NCBI GenBank assembly: GCA_965207885.1 | Contig: OZ242311.1 | Coordinates: 3,296,001-3,360,000, forward strand | Direction: 5' to 3' | Length of the DNA stretch: 64,000 nucleotides | Source of the DNA: Candidatus Latescibacterota bacterium | Lineage (GTDB): Bacteria > Latescibacterota > UBA2968 | Shown here: positions 9,772 through 19,107 of the stretch, piece after piece | Numbering within the stretch: position 1 is the first letter of the stretch | Layout: each line of letters opens with the position of its first letter | Program-made: the position numbers and the translations under genes | Notes under the pieces: generated by a model | Database searches by the model: none | What the model was told of the DNA's origin: nothing | Seen by the model: only the letters and a program-made list of their open reading frames with translations

Positions 9772-10896
9772 ATGGTTAAGTCATTTAAATACAGATTGCG
9801 ACCAACGAAAAAGCAAGAGAAAATCTTTCTGGCGCACATTGAAGAATGTCGCATTCTCTACAATCAACTCCTCTGCGCCAGAAAGCAAGCATGGAAAAAT
9901 GAGAATAAGTCTCTGTCCCAGTATGACCAGACTAATACGATACCATTGCTGAAGCAACAGCATGTTGAATTTACTCAAGTATATAGTCAGGTATTGCAGC
10001 AAGTATCAGCAAGAGTTGATTTGGCATTCAAAGGTTTCTTTCGCCGACTCAAAGAGAGGGCAAAGACTGGCGAGAAAGCGGGCTTTCCCAGATATAAGGG
10101 ACAGAATCGCTATGATTCTATTACCTATCCTAATTTTTCCAGCGGTTGCCGATTGGACGGCAAGGGCTTGCGATTGAGCAAAATAGGCTGTATTCGCGTT
10201 GTCCAGCACAGACCGCTTGAGGGTATTCCTAAATCCTGCACAATCACACGCACAGCGACGGGCAAATGGTTCGCATCTATCTCTTGCGATATTGGCGACA
10301 TAAGTAAGAAAACCGATACTAACTCTGCCGTTGGCATTGACGTGGGTCTCACGTCTTTTGCTGTAACCAGTGACGGACAGAAAATAGAGAATCAGAGATT
10401 CTTTCGCAAAGAGGAAAAGTCTCTTGCCAAAGCACAGCGTAAATGGGACGCAGTGAAAAAAAGACCCAAGACCGACCCCACAAGAGAAAAGCGTCGTAAA
10501 GTCATTGCCAAAGTGCATGAGCGTATCCGTAATAAGCGACATAACTTTGCACACCAAGAGTCAAGGAAAATGGTCAATCGTCACAATTTCATAGCCGTAG
10601 AGAAATTGGACGTTAAAGAGATGCAAAAGAACAGACGATTGGCTAAATCAATAGCAGACGTAGCGTGGTCCCTGTTTCGGCACTGTCTCAAATACAAAGC
10701 GGAAGAAGCTGGTATTGGATTCAAGGCCGTTGATCCTGAATACACCTCACAAGATTGCTCGGCATGCGGACATAGAGAGAAAAAGACACTCTCAGATCGT
10801 GTGCATCATTGCAAGGCGTGTGGCTATAAGACGGACAGAGACCACAATGCTGCGATAAACATATTGACGTTGGGGCTACAACGTCAGGCGGATTGA
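9772..10896 (+). CDS. tnpB: RNA-guided endonuclease TnpB
   Basis: KYRLRPT HTH start; RuvC-I GIDVG, RuvC-II AVEKL, Zn finger CSAC..CKAC, RuvC-III DRDHNAAINI. Confidence 0.95.
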   Translation: MVKSFKYRLRPTKKQEKIFLAHIEECRILYNQLLCARKQAWKNENKSLSQYDQTNTIPLLKQQHVEFTQVYSQVLQQVSARVDLAFKGFFRRLKERAKTGEKAGFPRYKGQNRYDSITYPNFSSGCRLDGKGLRLSKIGCIRVVQHRPLEGIPKSCTITRTATGKWFASISCDIGDISKKTDTNSAVGIDVGLTSFAVTSDGQKIENQRFFRKEEKSLAKAQRKWDAVKKRPKTDPTREKRRKVIAKVHERIRNKRHNFAHQESRKMVNRHNFIAVEKLDVKEMQKNRRLAKSIADVAWSLFRHCLKYKAEEAGIGFKAVDPEYTSQDCSACGHREKKTLSDRVHHCKACGYKTDRDHNAAINILTLGLQRQAD

Positions 10897-10937
10897 CCGC
10901 CAAGAAGCCCAACTGCTCTATCGTTGGGAGTAGTCAC

Positions 10938-11016
10938 CGACGTACCACGCTGCCGAAGCTCGCGGCTCCTCGCTGATAATATGGATGTGGTCAAACGACA
11001 GATCATTTTCTTCCAT
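10938..11016 (-). pseudogene. Truncated VOC/glyoxalase-family gene interrupted at the IS right end
   Basis: ATG at 11016, 2 nt after the upstream stop, gives MEENDLSFDHIHIISEEPRASAAWYV (FDHxH...AxWY VOC N-terminus); cut at the IS boundary. Confidence 0.65.
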
Positions 11017-11018
11017 GC

Positions 11019-12155
11019 TCAATCTTCTCCCGGACGAATCAGGTTCCCCGCCTCCTGCGAAACTCTGGAATTTTCCATCACATTACCCTGAATCAAAATC
11101 GGACGGTTTGTGCCTGTCTGGTCATTCACAATCAGCTCTACATTCTGAAAATGATTGCCAGTAACCGCCATACCCGCGCCGGTAAGCCAAAGCGGCAAGC
11201 GCTCTGCCCCGTCCCGTCCCCGAATTACATTCCCCGTAATAGACGTATCAAACCCGCGCACATCCATCGCCAGTCCCAGCTTTCCGCCTTTATCCACCAT
11301 AACAATATTATTGGAAATCACATGCCGCTCGGAATCTGCCCAGGACCGAAAAGCAATATCCAGGTCGCCGCCCTCTCGCACATGCACGACATTATTTGCC
11401 ATAATAATCGAATTCCCGCGATCAGAACCCACCGCCACATGTGTGCGCCCGGTAATCTCTACAAAATTTCCCATCACAAAACCCGGCCCCTCCAGAAGCT
11501 CCACCGCATCGGAATGGGCATTGCCCAAGCGGTTATTCACCACCCGCATATTGGGCCCATCAAGCATAATACCCAGCCTCTGCGCGTTCAGCACCGTACA
11601 ATTCTCAATCGTAATATTGTGCGTCGGCTCCGGACAGGACCCGCCCGGCTCTGCACAAAATGCTTTAATGCCATTATACTCGAACCGCCCGTGCGAAATA
11701 TTCACAAACTCCGCTCCATTATACGGGTTCTGATCCCGATTCTGATCTACCCAAAGATCTCGAATCACAATATTTCCCACGCCATTCCCGATAATGCGGA
11801 TTACATTGGTATTCTGATCCGGCGCCAGAATCAACCGTGTGGCTGCACCCTGCCCTATTAGCGTCACATTGCTGCGGTCAATAATCAATCCCCCGAGCTT
11901 ATCTTTCACCTTGCGAATATCATACGTCCCTTCCATCAGCGTCACCGTCCCACCGGATGATGGCAGCGCGTGAATCGCCGCGTAAATCTCCTCCTGGTCA
12001 CCCACTCCGTCGCCCACAAAATCGGCTGCTGCCTTTGACTTTTCCGATGAACTCTGCGTTGCAACAATCATTGTTCTACCCTGTATTTGAGATGGTTGAT
12101 GAACTGCAAAAACCAGCACCAAAAACAACGCAATATATGTGATCCGATCTATCAA
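11019..12155 (-). CDS. Secreted right-handed parallel beta-helix protein
   Basis: Signal peptide; GDGVGDQEEIYAAI..GGTVTL.EGTY cap motif; repeated I.NN/GN coils. Confidence 0.8.
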   Translation of the reverse strand: MIDRITYIALFLVLVFAVHQPSQIQGRTMIVATQSSSEKSKAAADFVGDGVGDQEEIYAAIHALPSSGGTVTLMEGTYDIRKVKDKLGGLIIDRSNVTLIGQGAATRLILAPDQNTNVIRIIGNGVGNIVIRDLWVDQNRDQNPYNGAEFVNISHGRFEYNGIKAFCAEPGGSCPEPTHNITIENCTVLNAQRLGIMLDGPNMRVVNNRLGNAHSDAVELLEGPGFVMGNFVEITGRTHVAVGSDRGNSIIMANNVVHVREGGDLDIAFRSWADSERHVISNNIVMVDKGGKLGLAMDVRGFDTSITGNVIRGRDGAERLPLWLTGAGMAVTGNHFQNVELIVNDQTGTNRPILIQGNVMENSRVSQEAGNLIRPGED

Positions 12156-12167
12156 CTGTCCTGTACC

Positions 12168-13232
12168 TCACTGCTTGTCCAAGCAGAACAGATACTCCTC
12201 TACTTGATCTGCTTTATAGACCCGGTTCTCCCGATCTACATCCGCACGAAAACGCGGGTAATTCCGCGTCACCAAATTCACCTCTCCGTATTGCCCCATT
12301 GTCTGCAAAATCTCATCCTTACCCATAATCCCCTCGCTATTATAGCTGAGGAATACATATCGCGCCGAAGTCTTTTTAACCATATCATCAAACGCGGGTA
12401 AAGCCCGTCTCTTCATACAAAAATCCGACTTTTGATCGTCCTGTGGCCGCAGCCCCGTCACACCTTTCAAGACCGGATCATCGTACCGCGCAATCGTCTC
12501 AAGCACATGATAATTCGCACAGTATTGGCGATGATTATAGGGCGGGTCCATATACAGCACATCACAAGACAGACGCTCGACCAACTCCTGCCCATTTACA
12601 TTGTGTACTTCATGGTCCTCATCGCTCTCGACAATACCAAGCCGCTTTAATTGCAGGGGTTTCAGTGCACTCTTCTTGATATGCTTCAAAAACGCACCAT
12701 AGACCGACGCCGTATTTGCAACCCGATCTGCCGCATCGATCAAACTCGCCAAAAGATAAAAGTACTCATCCTCCGTCAATTTGCCCGCCTGCCACCAGTT
12801 TTCAATCTGCATCCGAATCACATCACACCGCCTGCCATTCTCATCAGAGAAATACTGTCTTTTGAACCCCGCCCCCTCTGTTCCCCCCGGGCAATAATTG
12901 CGATAGATGAATCCGGGTTTTCCATCGAGGTTATTGAGATATTCCAATACAATGTCAGTTGTATCGCAGAACCGTTTTGCTGGTATCAGATCATCCAGAA
13001 CGCCATCAAACGTGGGTACTTGACTAATGCCTACAAGTGCGCGATTGAGACAATAGGCGTAGTACTGAATGTCATTAGAGATAATCTTAAAACCCTTCTG
13101 CTTAAAATGCGCTCCCACAACACCTGTACCAGCAAACACATCGCAGAACATCTTACAATCTGCATCTACATTTTTCAGGACACCCGCTTCGAGAAAGTCA
13201 CGCAGAGAATACTTGCTTCCGATATAGTTCAT
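12168..13232 (-). CDS. N6-adenine DNA methyltransferase, D12 class (M.NlaIII/M.HpyI-like), orphan
   Basis: MNYIGSKY start, DVFAGTG (motif I), YMDPPYN (motif IV), NYHVLETI, LSYNSEG. Confidence 0.9.
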   Translation of the reverse strand: MNYIGSKYSLRDFLEAGVLKNVDADCKMFCDVFAGTGVVGAHFKQKGFKIISNDIQYYAYCLNRALVGISQVPTFDGVLDDLIPAKRFCDTTDIVLEYLNNLDGKPGFIYRNYCPGGTEGAGFKRQYFSDENGRRCDVIRMQIENWWQAGKLTEDEYFYLLASLIDAADRVANTASVYGAFLKHIKKSALKPLQLKRLGIVESDEDHEVHNVNGQELVERLSCDVLYMDPPYNHRQYCANYHVLETIARYDDPVLKGVTGLRPQDDQKSDFCMKRRALPAFDDMVKKTSARYVFLSYNSEGIMGKDEILQTMGQYGEVNLVTRNYPRFRADVDRENRVYKADQVEEYLFCLDKQ

Positions 13233-13265
13233 GTATCTCTCATTCGGATGACGGCAACGCCCTGC

Positions 13266-14255
13266 TCACACATTCACAAACTCCTTGAGCGACACAATCC
13301 GTCCGGACTCTGAGGAAATGCCCATCCCCTCAACCATCGCCACAGTCACCAGATTATTGCGTCCTGAAAACTCGGGTTCTTCACCGCCATTTATCCACGC
13401 GACAAATTGATTGACAATCAGATCTGTCGAAGTAGGACCCGCGTCCAGAGGCAATATTTCGGGATCAGCTTTGCGGCGCGTCAAAACAAGATTGCCACCC
13501 TCAAGGGAAAGCGTACCTTCATCCACATCCACCCGGGTTTCGCCACCCGATTTATGCGGTTCAAAAGTCGCAAAATAGGTCGCAGTCGCTCCTCCATCAA
13601 ATTCCACCCACCCGGAAACACCTGCCCCGCCTTTATATGGACTCCAGGGCGGATTAAAGCTATGTGCCCACATCCGCACGGGCAATGCGCCCAAAATATA
13701 TCGCATGGTATCCAAATCGTGAATCCCTCGCTCCCACAAATAGGAATGATCGTCGTGACCCGAATGGTGTACCCCCTTGCTGCGCCAGCCGATTTTGGTG
13801 AAAAGCCCAAAACTCGCCTTGCCATACGTCTCTTCCCGCAAGTGGCGCGATAAGGTCATCGTCGCCGGATTGTATTTGGCATTCTGACTCACTCCCACTT
13901 TCACCCCCATGCGACCGGCTTCCTCCACAACGTACTTCGCCGATGTCAGGGTCTTCGTAAATGGCTTTTCGACCAGAACGTGCTTTCCCGCTCTCACCGC
14001 TTCCAAAATCATCTCCACATGGGCATCTGGAGGGGTGATAACGATCACGCAATCCGATTCCACATTGTTCATGGCTTGCTCAAGCGTCCTAAAACACCGC
14101 GACTCGGGCAAACCCGACACTTCCATAGCGGCATTCATATTGCCTTCGTCAACATCGACAAAAGCCACACTTTCCACGTCATCTCGCTCGGCAAACATAG
14201 CAACCGGCCACTTTCCCCTGCCGCCAACACCCAGATGAATACACTGCACTGCCAT
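13266..14255 (-). CDS. Gfo/Idh/MocA family oxidoreductase
   Basis: GVGGRG, VEKPF, GIHDLD; start placed at ATG 14255 with AGGAGG RBS. Confidence 0.88.
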   Translation of the reverse strand: MAVQCIHLGVGGRGKWPVAMFAERDDVESVAFVDVDEGNMNAAMEVSGLPESRCFRTLEQAMNNVESDCVIVITPPDAHVEMILEAVRAGKHVLVEKPFTKTLTSAKYVVEEAGRMGVKVGVSQNAKYNPATMTLSRHLREETYGKASFGLFTKIGWRSKGVHHSGHDDHSYLWERGIHDLDTMRYILGALPVRMWAHSFNPPWSPYKGGAGVSGWVEFDGGATATYFATFEPHKSGGETRVDVDEGTLSLEGGNLVLTRRKADPEILPLDAGPTSTDLIVNQFVAWINGGEEPEFSGRNNLVTVAMVEGMGISSESGRIVSLKEFVNV

Positions 14256-14406
14256 ACATCGCCTCCTTGAATTGTTGATGGATAAGATCGCGACCAATAT
14301 AAACCAACTTTTTACCCCATGCACGTTTTCTTTCTCCTGTTGTACTTGACATCGAATACTATGTGTCATATTGTGCGCTATATCAACTTTTTCCCAGAGG
14401 TAAGCC

Positions 14407-15663
14407 ATGAAAATCAAAACCATTGAACTCATCAATCTCGACGTCCCCTTCACACCACACAGCCAGAAACACCTCGGCTACTGGCTCCCCCACTGGCGGA
14501 TACACCAGATTTGCCACATCACGCTCGAAAATGGCATTGAGGGATGGGGAGAAACCATACCCAACTACACCTGGGCTAAAGTACCGGGCGATATTGAAGA
14601 CAGAATTCTCGGCAGACCTGCCGCTGAATTGATGTGGGATGACAGCCTTGGCGCGGGCGTCCAAATGGCTCTATTTGATGCCATAGCAAAAGCGCAAGAT
14701 GTTCCTATATATCGCCTGCTGGGCACAAAGGTGCGCGACTGGTGCCCAATATCGTGGTGGAATATGGACATGCCACCCGAAGGATGGGCGGAAGAATGCC
14801 GACAAGCCGCCCAGGCGGGATATACCAGTTCAAAACTCAAAGCCCGCCCATGGTTTGACCTGCACGCAGCCATTCAGGCCGTTCAAAAAGTAGTTCCACC
14901 CGGCTTTCACCTCGACCTCGACTACAACGGCACCCTTGCCAATTCTGCTAATGCAATCCCGCATCTTCGAGAATTGGAAGCCTATCCCGAAGTGGCGATG
15001 ATCGAAACGCCGATTCCGCAAAACGACGTGGCGGGCAACAAGCAAATCAGAAATTTGATTGCGCGGCCCATTGCCATGCACTACAACAATCCACCCATTG
15101 AAACGACCATGAAAGAAGATGTCACCGATGGTTTTGTCATCTGTGCAGGCGCCTCGCGCCTTCTCAAACAAGCATCCGTGTGCGAGCAATGGAACAAGCC
15201 CTTCTGGCTGCAACTCGTCGGCTCTGGCATCACAACAGCTTGGGCAGCGCATCTGGGCGCGGTCCTCCCCCAGGCCAAATGGCCGGCCATTACGTGTATG
15301 AACATCTGGGAACACCAACTCATAAAACCCGCGATTGAAGTTCGAGGCGGCTTTTACCGCGTCACTGAAACCCCGGGCCTCGGCGTAGAAATTGATCCCG
15401 CCGCATTGGAACAATACGCCGCAGACTACACCTGGGTCGATCCTCCTCGCCACCTTTACGCGTACCGCCGAAAAAGCGGTGAAGTTACCTATTACGCCTG
15501 CACAAAGCAGGACATGCACCACGTCTATCCCGAAGATTCCCAGCCCATATCAGAACCCGACTCATCACTCGATGTCATTGAAGACGACGACACAGAAGCA
15601 TTTGAGAAATTGTACAGCGAATCAAAAAAGTCGGCCGTGCGAAAAAAAACACGTGAGGCGTGA
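14407..15663 (+). CDS. Mandelate racemase/enolase superfamily protein
   Basis: GWGE, MALFDAIAK, KLKARPW, LDYN, IETP, PGLGVE. Confidence 0.82.
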   Translation: MKIKTIELINLDVPFTPHSQKHLGYWLPHWRIHQICHITLENGIEGWGETIPNYTWAKVPGDIEDRILGRPAAELMWDDSLGAGVQMALFDAIAKAQDVPIYRLLGTKVRDWCPISWWNMDMPPEGWAEECRQAAQAGYTSSKLKARPWFDLHAAIQAVQKVVPPGFHLDLDYNGTLANSANAIPHLRELEAYPEVAMIETPIPQNDVAGNKQIRNLIARPIAMHYNNPPIETTMKEDVTDGFVICAGASRLLKQASVCEQWNKPFWLQLVGSGITTAWAAHLGAVLPQAKWPAITCMNIWEHQLIKPAIEVRGGFYRVTETPGLGVEIDPAALEQYAADYTWVDPPRHLYAYRRKSGEVTYYACTKQDMHHVYPEDSQPISEPDSSLDVIEDDDTEAFEKLYSESKKSAVRKKTREA

Positions 15664-15679
15664 AATCACCTCACGTGTT
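15648..15679. repeat. 11-bp inverted repeat overlapping the stop codon
   Basis: AACACGTGAGG-N10-CCTCACGTGTT. Confidence 0.6.
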
Positions 15680-15695
15680 GTGTGCATATTTGGTC

Positions 15696-15729
15696 AAAAA
15701 AGCCCGTCATCACGACTTGACGGGCTTTT
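15696..15729. terminator. Bidirectional intrinsic terminator
   Basis: AAAAGCCCGTCA-loop-TGACGGGCTTTT between convergent genes. Confidence 0.8.
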
Positions 15730-15758
15730 GTATTGTACTCGAGGATGCTTCTCTGATA

Positions 15759-18700
15759 TTATAAACTCCCGAATTGATATGTAAGGCCCAGCTTCAACCG
15801 CCGCTCTTTGGGATCGTGCGTGAAGCCATCGTAGGCTTGCTCGATATTCACCAGAGGTGGCCTGGTGCCGAGCAGATTCATTCCGGAGAATGCGATGTTC
15901 ACCCCTCTGGATATATTCCAAAGAAAACTCACATCCCATGTGACAAACGAGTCAATAGTGCCGAACAAATTTCTAATAGTATCATTATCGGATCCCATTG
16001 ATCCGCGGTCCTCATAAGACGAAATATAGTTCAGATAGCTCACGAGGCTGTAGGTTTTCCAATGATAGCCCGCCGATACTCGCCCTTTCAACTTGGGAAG
16101 CGAAGTCGCAATGGGATTGCCAAAATTCAAGTAACCCGCAGCGTCTGCCGCCTCCAGGAGCACCAGATCGCTATTGCCCAGCATCAGAGCCTTTGTCTCA
16201 TAAGCCAGCGTATAAGTGCCGTCCAAGCTCGCCGCGAATTGCCCTGGGCCCGCTGGCATCCGCGTACCCAGATGCACATCGACTCCTGAAGTCTTGACTC
16301 CCGGCCAGTTGACGATATCAACTCGCACCCGCTCGAGTTCTGAGGCCGCGCAGGTGCCAGTGCCTACCCCATCCGGACAAACAATAAACTGCTTCACCGC
16401 ATCCCGCACGCGCTGATCCTCGGAGTCGTAAAGGCCGGTAATGGCACCGTAGGGCATAGCACCGATTACATCCTTGAAATCGTAGCTCCAATAGTCGAAT
16501 GTCGCTTCAAAGCCTGCCTCTGTGACCAGCGCGAGACCCGCATTATAGGTAAATGCCTGTTCGGGTTTGAGGTCCTTGCTTCCAATTCTATCGACCGTCT
16601 GGTACGCACCCGTCTGGTTGATCCACTCGAGCGTCGATAACGGGCTTTCGTTTACATCGTCCAGCGATGGCGTGCGAAATGTCGTCTGCACCGAGCCGCG
16701 CATAAACAGGGAATGGGTCGGGGATTCCAAAAGCTGCATGCGCCAGCCGACCTTGGGATCAAAACTGCTCGCCACATCGTGGAACTCGTAGTTCGCGGCG
16801 AGTTGCACATCAACGCGCTCTCCCAGGCTCAGGGGAATTTCGCCAAAAAAGCGATGTACCGTCTGGTCTTCGGAGTATGGTCGATTCACATTCGTGAACG
16901 CATAGGGACCGAACTTATCTTCCTCTGAGCAACCCTTATCTCCCGGAACCGGGCATGGGTTGATGGTCACATCACCCGGATCGTTCGGATCGCCAGTAGC
17001 ACTGAGCTTGCGGAACTGATACCCGGCGGCATAACTCGCGTTGAGCCAGACGTTCTCTGTCCATGTTCCTGTCAGCGTCGCATCGGCGACCAGCATATCT
17101 GCGGTACTTTGTAGATCGACTTCCTGATTGGCGAGCCACTCCCGCAATTCGGGACTATTCGCAAGATCGGGGCGATAACCGGGATTCGGCGAGTTCTCAA
17201 AATTCGAGCCATGTTGATCCGTGAACTCAATGGCATTGCTGAAGGGGTTGTAGTACTCGCAATTGCCCTGCCCTGCTACCTGGTCGTAGATCCGTCCGAG
17301 TCGCATTCCCGCAAGAGACGTCGGATCTGCTACCACGTCAACGCCGCAATTTGGTCCCCCAAAACCGCGGAAGCCGAGGAATAACCGCTCAATGTACACC
17401 CCCGGCAAATTGTAATTGCCCGAAGTGCGCGAATAAGAGAGACCCACGTCAAAATGGGTATCTCGACCACCGAAAGCCTTAAAATCGCCATTTGCCGAAG
17501 CCGCCATGCGCAAAGTGCTGGATTCGCGGCCCAACCTGCGCCCTGGCCCCGAGTTCCCGAATGGTCGCCCATTGAAATACCAGTTCTCGCCGCCATGGCA
17601 GGCGTCGTAATACAGATCGCCGGGATTTGCACCGTAATTCTGGCAAAAAGCCTGCCGCCCCGGATGATCGGGCGCGACCTCCATAATACTCGTGTCTGTC
17701 AATGGGAACGGCGGATACGAAGGCGTCGTGTACCAATCGGGGATCTCGGCCTCGGCCCACAGGTACTCCACATGATAATTCGTACCATTGTCCAGAGTGC
17801 CATTGAGCTCAGAAAAAACACGGATATGGCTCATTTTTTCGACCAGATTCTCATACTGCTGATAGCGGAAGCGGCATGTCCAGGATTCCCGGAAACCGCC
17901 AAATTCCTCACATCGGGGAGCGTGGATGGCAGCGGTCCACGGAGCGGGAGCACCAATGGCAAAGGTGCCTGGATTCCCCAAACTCGACCATCCCAGACGT
18001 TGCCCTCCGCCATGCCAGGGCTGCAACAAATAATCCCTCTCTGTAGAAGGTAGCGCCTGGCGCCCCATCCATTCCGCAGAAATAACCGCATGAGTTTCAT
18101 CGGCGAGTTTTTTGCCCCATATTGCGCCTATATTTGTATCGCCTGCGCCTTCGAAATACTCGTGGGCACCCGAGATTTCAAAACCCTCAAAATCGGATCG
18201 GGTCAAAAAATTGGCAACGCCAGCCACTGCATCCGATCCATAGATGGCCGAAGCTCCCTCCTTGAGGACCTCAATCCGGTCAATGGCGATAGAGGGAATA
18301 ACATTTACATCGACAAAGCGTCCACCGATCAAGCGCGCCGGGACATAGGTCTGTCGGCGGCTATTGATCAACACCAGCGTCCGCGATGCACCAAGCCCAC
18401 GCAGGTTCACATTGGCGATGCTCTCCGTAAGCGTGGCAGCCTGGCCCGAATTGTACCAGCTGCTCCGTTCGCCGATTACGCCGTGGCTCGCACCCAGATT
18501 CTTAAAAAAATCAACCGCCTGTGGAGACCCTTGCTCTGCCATCTTTTCTCGCCCAACCACAGCGACCGCATACGTCATACTGATGGGCGCCTCCTTAAAC
18601 GCCGTACCAGTCACAACCACTTCATCCAGATAAAGCACGGAGGAATTCATCTGCAACGCAACCGTCACGGTTTCTCCTGCCGTCACAGTAATAACTGCTG

Positions 18701-18959
18701 TCGCGGTCGCATAGCCGATCAGATCGGCTCTCAGTTCGTGTGCCCCAGAAGGCACATTTGGAATGGTAAAGCGACCTTGCTCATCTGACACTACTCCCAG
18801 TTTCAGAGTCGGAATATGGACCTGTACCGCTTCTAATTTATCTCCGCTTGTAGCGTCGGTCACTGTACCGGTAATAGTTCCAACAGATTGCGCCTGGACC
18901 ACGCCAGAAAGCAATCCCACACATACCAGAATCGGAATAAATCTGTTCAAGAAAAACAT
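15759..18959 (-). CDS. TonB-dependent receptor (copy 1)
   Basis: Signal peptide, carboxypeptidase-regulatory-like N-domain, LDEVVVTG TonB box, NLRGLGASRTLVL, IDRIEVLKEGASAIYGSDAVAGVANF plug. Confidence 0.95.
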   Translation of the reverse strand: MFFLNRFIPILVCVGLLSGVVQAQSVGTITGTVTDATSGDKLEAVQVHIPTLKLGVVSDEQGRFTIPNVPSGAHELRADLIGYATATAVITVTAGETVTVALQMNSSVLYLDEVVVTGTAFKEAPISMTYAVAVVGREKMAEQGSPQAVDFFKNLGASHGVIGERSSWYNSGQAATLTESIANVNLRGLGASRTLVLINSRRQTYVPARLIGGRFVDVNVIPSIAIDRIEVLKEGASAIYGSDAVAGVANFLTRSDFEGFEISGAHEYFEGAGDTNIGAIWGKKLADETHAVISAEWMGRQALPSTERDYLLQPWHGGGQRLGWSSLGNPGTFAIGAPAPWTAAIHAPRCEEFGGFRESWTCRFRYQQYENLVEKMSHIRVFSELNGTLDNGTNYHVEYLWAEAEIPDWYTTPSYPPFPLTDTSIMEVAPDHPGRQAFCQNYGANPGDLYYDACHGGENWYFNGRPFGNSGPGRRLGRESSTLRMAASANGDFKAFGGRDTHFDVGLSYSRTSGNYNLPGVYIERLFLGFRGFGGPNCGVDVVADPTSLAGMRLGRIYDQVAGQGNCEYYNPFSNAIEFTDQHGSNFENSPNPGYRPDLANSPELREWLANQEVDLQSTADMLVADATLTGTWTENVWLNASYAAGYQFRKLSATGDPNDPGDVTINPCPVPGDKGCSEEDKFGPYAFTNVNRPYSEDQTVHRFFGEIPLSLGERVDVQLAANYEFHDVASSFDPKVGWRMQLLESPTHSLFMRGSVQTTFRTPSLDDVNESPLSTLEWINQTGAYQTVDRIGSKDLKPEQAFTYNAGLALVTEAGFEATFDYWSYDFKDVIGAMPYGAITGLYDSEDQRVRDAVKQFIVCPDGVGTGTCAASELERVRVDIVNWPGVKTSGVDVHLGTRMPAGPGQFAASLDGTYTLAYETKALMLGNSDLVLLEAADAAGYLNFGNPIATSLPKLKGRVSAGYHWKTYSLVSYLNYISSYEDRGSMGSDNDTIRNLFGTIDSFVTWDVSFLWNISRGVNIAFSGMNLLGTRPPLVNIEQAYDGFTHDPKERRLKLGLTYQFGSL

Positions 18960-19107
18960 TGGTCCTCCCTTTCTGTTATTTCAACTGTACCGCAGAACTT
19001 CAGATAGTTTTAGGGGTTAGAGACTCTTTAAAATTCCCTTAAAAAAATATGTTGAAATCCTCCCAATGTCAAATTCTTGCCCGGAAATGTTGAGCTGTTT
19101 AAGACTC

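Larger units (their letters stand above)
9581..10937 (+). mobile_element. IS200/IS605-family element, tnpB-only (IS1341-like, non-autonomous)
   Basis: Left-end hairpin TCCAAGT-TCTTTAG-ACTTGGG just after the candidate TAM (C)TGAC; right end CAAGAAG-CCCAAC..GTTGGG-AGTAGTCAC ending in TCAC at 10937; no tnpA. Confidence 0.85.

Noticed and set aside
9624-9854. Possible tnpA remnant divergent from tnpB
   Set aside because: No HUH or Y1 motif in the 76-aa ORF.
14256-14453. N-terminal extensions given by the ORF track (also 38653-38835, 42727-42864, 47085-47189, 58035-58244)
   Set aside because: They overlap neighbouring genes or promoters; downstream ATGs with an RBS or translational coupling match the family N-termini.
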